This document shows, in pieces, positions 59,326 through 64,000 of a stretch of DNA of 64,000 nt (the first letter of the stretch is position 1; each line of letters starts with the position of its first letter). Origin of the DNA: Oikopleura dioica (taxonomy: Eukaryota > Animalia > Chordata). A program made the translations under genes and the position numbers. The DNA lies in NCBI GenBank assembly GCA_907165135.1, contig OU015568.1, positions 16,379,208 to 16,443,207 on the forward strand. Direction: 5' to 3'. The notes beneath the pieces are model-generated. The model worked only from the letters and a program-made list of their open reading frames with translations. It was not told where the DNA came from and searched no databases.

Positions 59326-60087
59326 TTAAAGCCTGGCTGGCTTTTTGCTCTTTCTGATCGCATTTGGAGCTTTTCCTTTGTTTGGCTTCTTCCTTTCTTT
59401 TGATGGCTTTTGGTTCTGCTGTTTTTCCTTGACTGATGCATTTGAGAAGAGGGAAACAAGCTCGTCATCATCCAGTGGTCGGTTTTCAGGTTGATTCTTA
59501 CACACTTGGAGGGCTTCTTTTGCCTTTTTCGGGAGACGTCGATCTTTTTGAAAGTCCGTCGAAATTTCGACGGGCATCATGGCTTCGCTTTGAAATACAG
59601 GTAGCCAGATGTTGAACCATATACAGGCGATCATTTCTTTGTGCTCTTGCGAGTACTTCAACCCCATTCCCTTGTAAGCAAGCACTTCTTGCTGTGCATT
59701 CTTGAGCACGGAGTACATTTTCTTCAAAAATAGTGGATCAGCCGGGCAGTATTGGTGAGGTGTTTTTACGAAATTTTCGTTCTTCCAAAGCGATGACTTT
59801 TTCCTGAGACGAAATGTCCGGAAGAATTTTTCCATCGCAATTCGGTATGTATCAAGAAAAAATCCGCTGTCTATACGGAATTCATCCACGGTCATCATTG
59901 GATCAACTTTGAAGCAGCAACCACACGAAAATTCGTGGTAATAGGTATCATCGGAAAAGAGAAACAGGCTCTTCATTTGAAATTCGCAGTCGGAATCATG
60001 TTTGAATTGAACGTATGCTGTTAGCGACGAACTTCGCTGATTTATGATCTTTAGTTTCTCTTGGCTCACTTTCTTCATATTTTCCAA
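59326..60087 (-). CDS. Orphan SCGCCF-motif protein, paralog 2, intronless
   Basis: 253-aa ORF; HEFSCGCCF, KTPHQYC; ends KKPNKGKAPNAIRKSKKPARL. Confidence 0.7.
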   Translation of the reverse strand: MENMKKVSQEKLKIINQRSSSLTAYVQFKHDSDCEFQMKSLFLFSDDTYYHEFSCGCCFKVDPMMTVDEFRIDSGFFLDTYRIAMEKFFRTFRLRKKSSLWKNENFVKTPHQYCPADPLFLKKMYSVLKNAQQEVLAYKGMGLKYSQEHKEMIACIWFNIWLPVFQSEAMMPVEISTDFQKDRRLPKKAKEALQVCKNQPENRPLDDDELVSLFSNASVKEKQQNQKPSKERKKPNKGKAPNAIRKSKKPARL

Positions 60088-60480
60088 AAGAGGGAATTTT
60101 TGAAATGAGTTGACTTTGATTTAAATCAAATGAATTTTCGTCCGCATTCGACATTCACAGGAGATGGCGCTGTTCCACAGCAGGAGAGCTATCCCAAGGT
60201 AATCAGTACACAATCGGTGGTAGATCTGGCAAATAAAAGTCCATCTTGACCTGGTTTTACAAGCAGTTACTCAAATAAATCAATTCGCACGATCTTTTCG
60301 ACAATAAACGGCGCTGATTTTTCAACTTTCACATGACAGAACATCGCCTTATTCACTTTCATCGTTTTCTAAAAGAGGGAAGTTGAAGGAAAGGACTTCG
60401 TTTTAGACATTTGTTATTTGAACAGTTTAGTCTTAGACTCTTAGTGTTTGGTTTTTGAATAAATAGGGTTGACATGACAG

Positions 60481-60976
60481 TTACTCCTTGTAAAATTCGT
60501 TATTTCGGTAACCCTTGTATCCAGGCTCGATGCCGAAAGTGGAAGAATGCTGACGAATGACGGGCTCCTGAGCGTTAAGCGACCATTTCAGGCCAAATCC
60601 AGCGACTGGTCGGCCAGTTACTGAACAAAAATTTGGCATCATCCCTTCAAAAGAGCTTTTACCTTCTCTGGTTGTGGCATCAGCGACGTTAGAGACAATC
60701 ATTGGTGGCTGAACTTTTCGTCGCTCGTCTCTGTAGATGTACGCAACGGCTGAAAGAAGATGGTTGAAAGGAGATTGATTAGAGAGTTTTCTTACAGTGG
60801 AGCTTCTCGTTCTCTCCTGGTGGCTTGACTCGTGGCTCGTAGGTTCGTGGAGACTGCTGGTACTCGTATCGCATGTAGTGAAAGTCTGGGTCAGTTCGGC
60901 CGCCGAGGAACTGCGTCATCCAGATGTTGAATGGCGTCTGCGATCGCTGCTTCAACAACAAACGACTCAACTGCAT
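60481..60976 (-). CDS. NDUFA7: NADH:ubiquinone oxidoreductase subunit A7 (B14.5a)
   Basis: MRYEYQQSPRTYEPRVKPPGENEKLH|SVAYIYRDERRKVQPP matches the RYQ..S.RTQPPP.LP.GP.HKLS..YY..RD.RR...PP pattern; one 46-nt intron. Confidence 0.75.
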
Positions 60977-61027
60977 CTTTTCTGAACAAATCAAAAATGA
61001 AAAAGAGAGATCTTGAGTCAGGATAGT

Positions 61028-62850
61028 TTATGTGCAGTCCAAGACTTCCATCTTCTTGCAGAGAGGAACGTAGTACGTATTTCTGTACCAGTATCTTCTG
61101 CGGACCTTTTCCCACATTTCCGGATCGGAAACATTCACTTCCATCGCTGTGTACTCGCAGCTCAATCCCAAGTCCTCCAGTTCCAGCTTCATAACCTTAC
61201 GAAAAATCAATTCGAGAGCTCTTTCTTGCCCCTTTTACCTCGCAAGCAACACCGTGGAAAAACAAGTTATCCGGGCAGCAGCCGTTGTAAAACGAGTAAA
61301 TTCCATTTTCCTTTAAAATTCGCGGCAGATGCGAGTGGAATTCTTTCAAATCGGCATCATCCTCCGCGTATGTATCGTAAAAGACACCATCAAAAGGGCC
61401 AGCCTTGTGAATGACGTCTTGCCATCGGCCTTCTAGGATCGTCACATTTGGCTTGTCGTACCAGCCGGTTTCTCGGAGCCGCTTGAGGACGTCTGGATGA
61501 GCTTCGATAATTGTATGGTGAGCTGGGTTATTCGCCTAAATTTCGATGAATTTTGGTCTTTTTTAGTGAGACCACAGCTTTATTTGTTAAAATATCTGAC
61601 CCGAAAGACGATAGCACTAAATAATTCGTAGTGAGTCAGTAGGGGAAGGTCTAAAGCTGGTGGAGAGATTGCTAAGAAGTTCTAGAGATCAAGTGGCATC
61701 TCGTAAAGGCATACAAGCTCAAGGCAGCCAAGATCTATTTCTGACTGTTTGTCGCAGTTTCGCCCAAAAATAGGCTCTTTTTTACCTGAATTTTTCCATC
61801 AACAATTCCCATTCCATGTCCAACATTCAGCACACTGCCTTTGTTGTGACAAATCAGCCTTGCATGCTCTTCCATCAACTTGGTCTCCCAGGACATCATC
61901 ACTGCATCCTCCTTATCGTCCAGCAAGAGGCCTTCGACCTTGTTATTATCGTATTTGAGCTTGGATCGTAAATAAGCGCGGTTGTCTTCGAAACCTTGCG
62001 CGTCCATTTTCTTTTGTTTTTGCTCCTTTGTCGCGTTCAATGCAGCACGCCCAAGGAGCATTTCGCTGATCACACCGTGTCGCAGCAATTTGTCGATCGC
62101 CGGCTAGGGTTGGTTTATGAGCTGCTCTAGAAGTCCAAAACTCACCTGGTGGCCTCCGTCGACGGCGTAATCGCCGGCGCACTTGTGTTGTCGGTCGACA
62201 GCGTTCCAGACAGCGTGATTTTCGAGGAGAAACTGGATCATTTCGCAGTTTCCATGAGCAGCAGCCAACATCAGTGCGCTAAATTTGTAGGGTTTACGCC
62301 TTCAAAAATTTACAATGGTTCGATATTTTTAGATTTTAATCTAACGTCCTCAACAGCTGGCTCCTACCACCTGTAAAATCAGCATAAATAGAGTGCTCTC
62401 GAAAATTAAATGGTTATAATGAAATGAAAAACAAGAGTCTTTGAAAGTTGTGGAAAGTTTTCCTAATGATTTTGATGACTAGCAATGTAACGAAGATTTT
62501 CATATGAAAAAAACTTAAAATGAATCCCCTTTTCCCTCTTTTAAGAAAAGAATAAGATCAGTAAATTATCACGCAATCCCGAATTCACCTTGATCCAGTC
62601 TCATCTTCCTGATGAGTTGTATCAGCGTCGTATTTCTCAATCAGCTCTTTTACTTTTTCGAAGTCGTTTGCCTGCAGGAAAAATAGTTATCAACAAAATC
62701 GCGGAAAAGTTTCAACCTTTGCCGCCTCAAGCAGCTCCTGATCGTAATTTCTTTCGTTTTCACTTTCATTTTTCTCAACAGGAGTGTTTTTCTCCTCGTT
62801 GTCTTCACTTTCTTTCACTCGCTTAGCTTGGGGTTCTCCGTCCTGAGTCA
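61028..62850 (-). CDS. RMT2: Ankyrin-repeat arginine N-methyltransferase 2 (RMT2-like)
   Basis: LLEAAKANDFEKVKELI, SALMLAAAHG, VMMSWE, VLNVGHGMGIVD, HTIIEAHPDV, GRWQD, FDGVFYDTY. Apparent -1 shift in a C-run near 62832. Confidence 0.85.
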
Positions 62851-63089
62851 TTCTAGATCTCTTTAGCTATTTCTTTGAGTAACGCGCGCGATTCAATTTC
62901 GCAGAAGCAAATAATGAACAAGTAGCAAAATTCGCGCAAGCAAAATTTATTCACAGAAAAGGAAAATTTTCAATAAAAAAATCATTTACCAAAAATGGTG
63001 GAACTTTTTTGAAGCAAGTTTTGCAGAAATTTTTGCTAATTTTTTTAAAAATAAACAAGAAAAACAGTAGAATCTTTTGCGAAGGTAAA

Positions 63090-63360
63090 TTACAGTAGCT
63101 CGCCATTGAGCTTTTGGATCTGCAGCCTCATTTCGTCGATGATCGAGTTTTGTCTGGAAATGATGGACTTGAGGCTTTCCACTGATTCGCCACCAGAGTC
63201 ATCGTCGCTTTTCTTTGGTGGAGGAGCTCCGTTGACCATGTCTTGGCAACGCTGAGATTCACGATCCAGCAGTTTTTTCATCCCGTCGATTTTGTCCTGC
63301 ATTTCCATTCGCCATTTATCCTCGGTTTCTGTCAGCTTGCGTTCGCATTCTTGAGTGCTA
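63090..63360 (-). CDS. Exon of a coiled-coil protein (gene may continue toward the window end)
   Basis: ECERKLTETEDKWRMEMQDKIDGMKKLLDRESQR; a possible hydrophobic exon lies near 63790-63900. Confidence 0.45.
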
Positions 63361-64000
63361 GAAAAATAAGTGTAAGTTCATCTTACAGAATGAAGGCATA
63401 GAGTAGTTCGATCTTTCCTTTTTTTATGTTTTAGATAAAAATCTAAGTACAACATAAGGCCTAACTTGTTTATTTCAAACACCAGGTGTTTAACACCTGG
63501 AAAAACCAAGCATATAAACCGAAAATGGAAACTCAAAGCAGAATGGTAAAATGAGAATCACAAGCTTCAACAACCATTTGAAAGGTGTTTTTAACGATTT
63601 TGATTTGCATTCGACAACATAAACGATAAGTAAAATGAATCAGAAAATTATATATCCCGATAAAGTTGTACCGCCTCTTTTTTTTATCTTTTAGTGTAAA
63701 TAAAATAACCTGAAATTCCGAGAAATTACTTTATTCTTTTAATATATCTTAATTAATTTATATACCTTAGAGTTATTTGATTATTTTTCTCTAAAATCGC
63801 CAGGGAAGTCTTGTCCTGCAAGTTGTTCAGCGATCTGGCGATGAAATTCGTAACAAGAAAAACGAAGAAGACCCCGCAAAGAGCTCGAAAAAGAAACGTA
63901 TTCACTCGGTCAACCATTTAAAATTTCAAATCACGGATTTTCTTTCTCTTTCAAATAAAAAAAAATCGTCAAAAACCGCGTAAACGAGCTCAAGCGCTAT

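Overview
Eukaryotic animal DNA with very short introns (mostly about 35-50 nt), GA-AG and probably GC-AG introns, and operon-like gene spacing. These traits suggest a larvacean tunicate such as Oikopleura; this is inferred, not database-checked. (1) 1-10.7 kb is an accessory mosaic: a RING fragment, several small membrane-protein ORFs, and a spliced 414-aa orphan that may be a divergent tyrosine recombinase, one of whose introns is antisense to the preceding exon. It also holds two copies of a structured motif inside TG/CA repeats, and intron-containing host-gene fragments (RPS8, a DEAD-box C-terminal extension, ABHD17). (2) 11.5-19.6 kb holds nested DNA transposons: a hAT with 8-bp TSD inside a MITE, and a pogo with TA TSD. 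(3) 19.9-25.7 kb is an astacin-LDLa-LamG-like-ShK-ZP gene with TTAA-flanked insertions. (4) 27.5-38 kb holds inverted duplicates of a sulfotransferase and a kinase, with many MITEs. (5) 41-64 kb holds ordinary genes: C2H2 zinc finger, SLC34, P4HA, TTC25/ODAD4, NDUFA7 and RMT2. It also has an orphan paralog pair, one copy carrying a 146-bp MITE whose TSD creates a seamless GC-AG intron (introner-like). Several reading frames break by one base in homopolymers, which may be assembly error. All translations and folds were done by hand.
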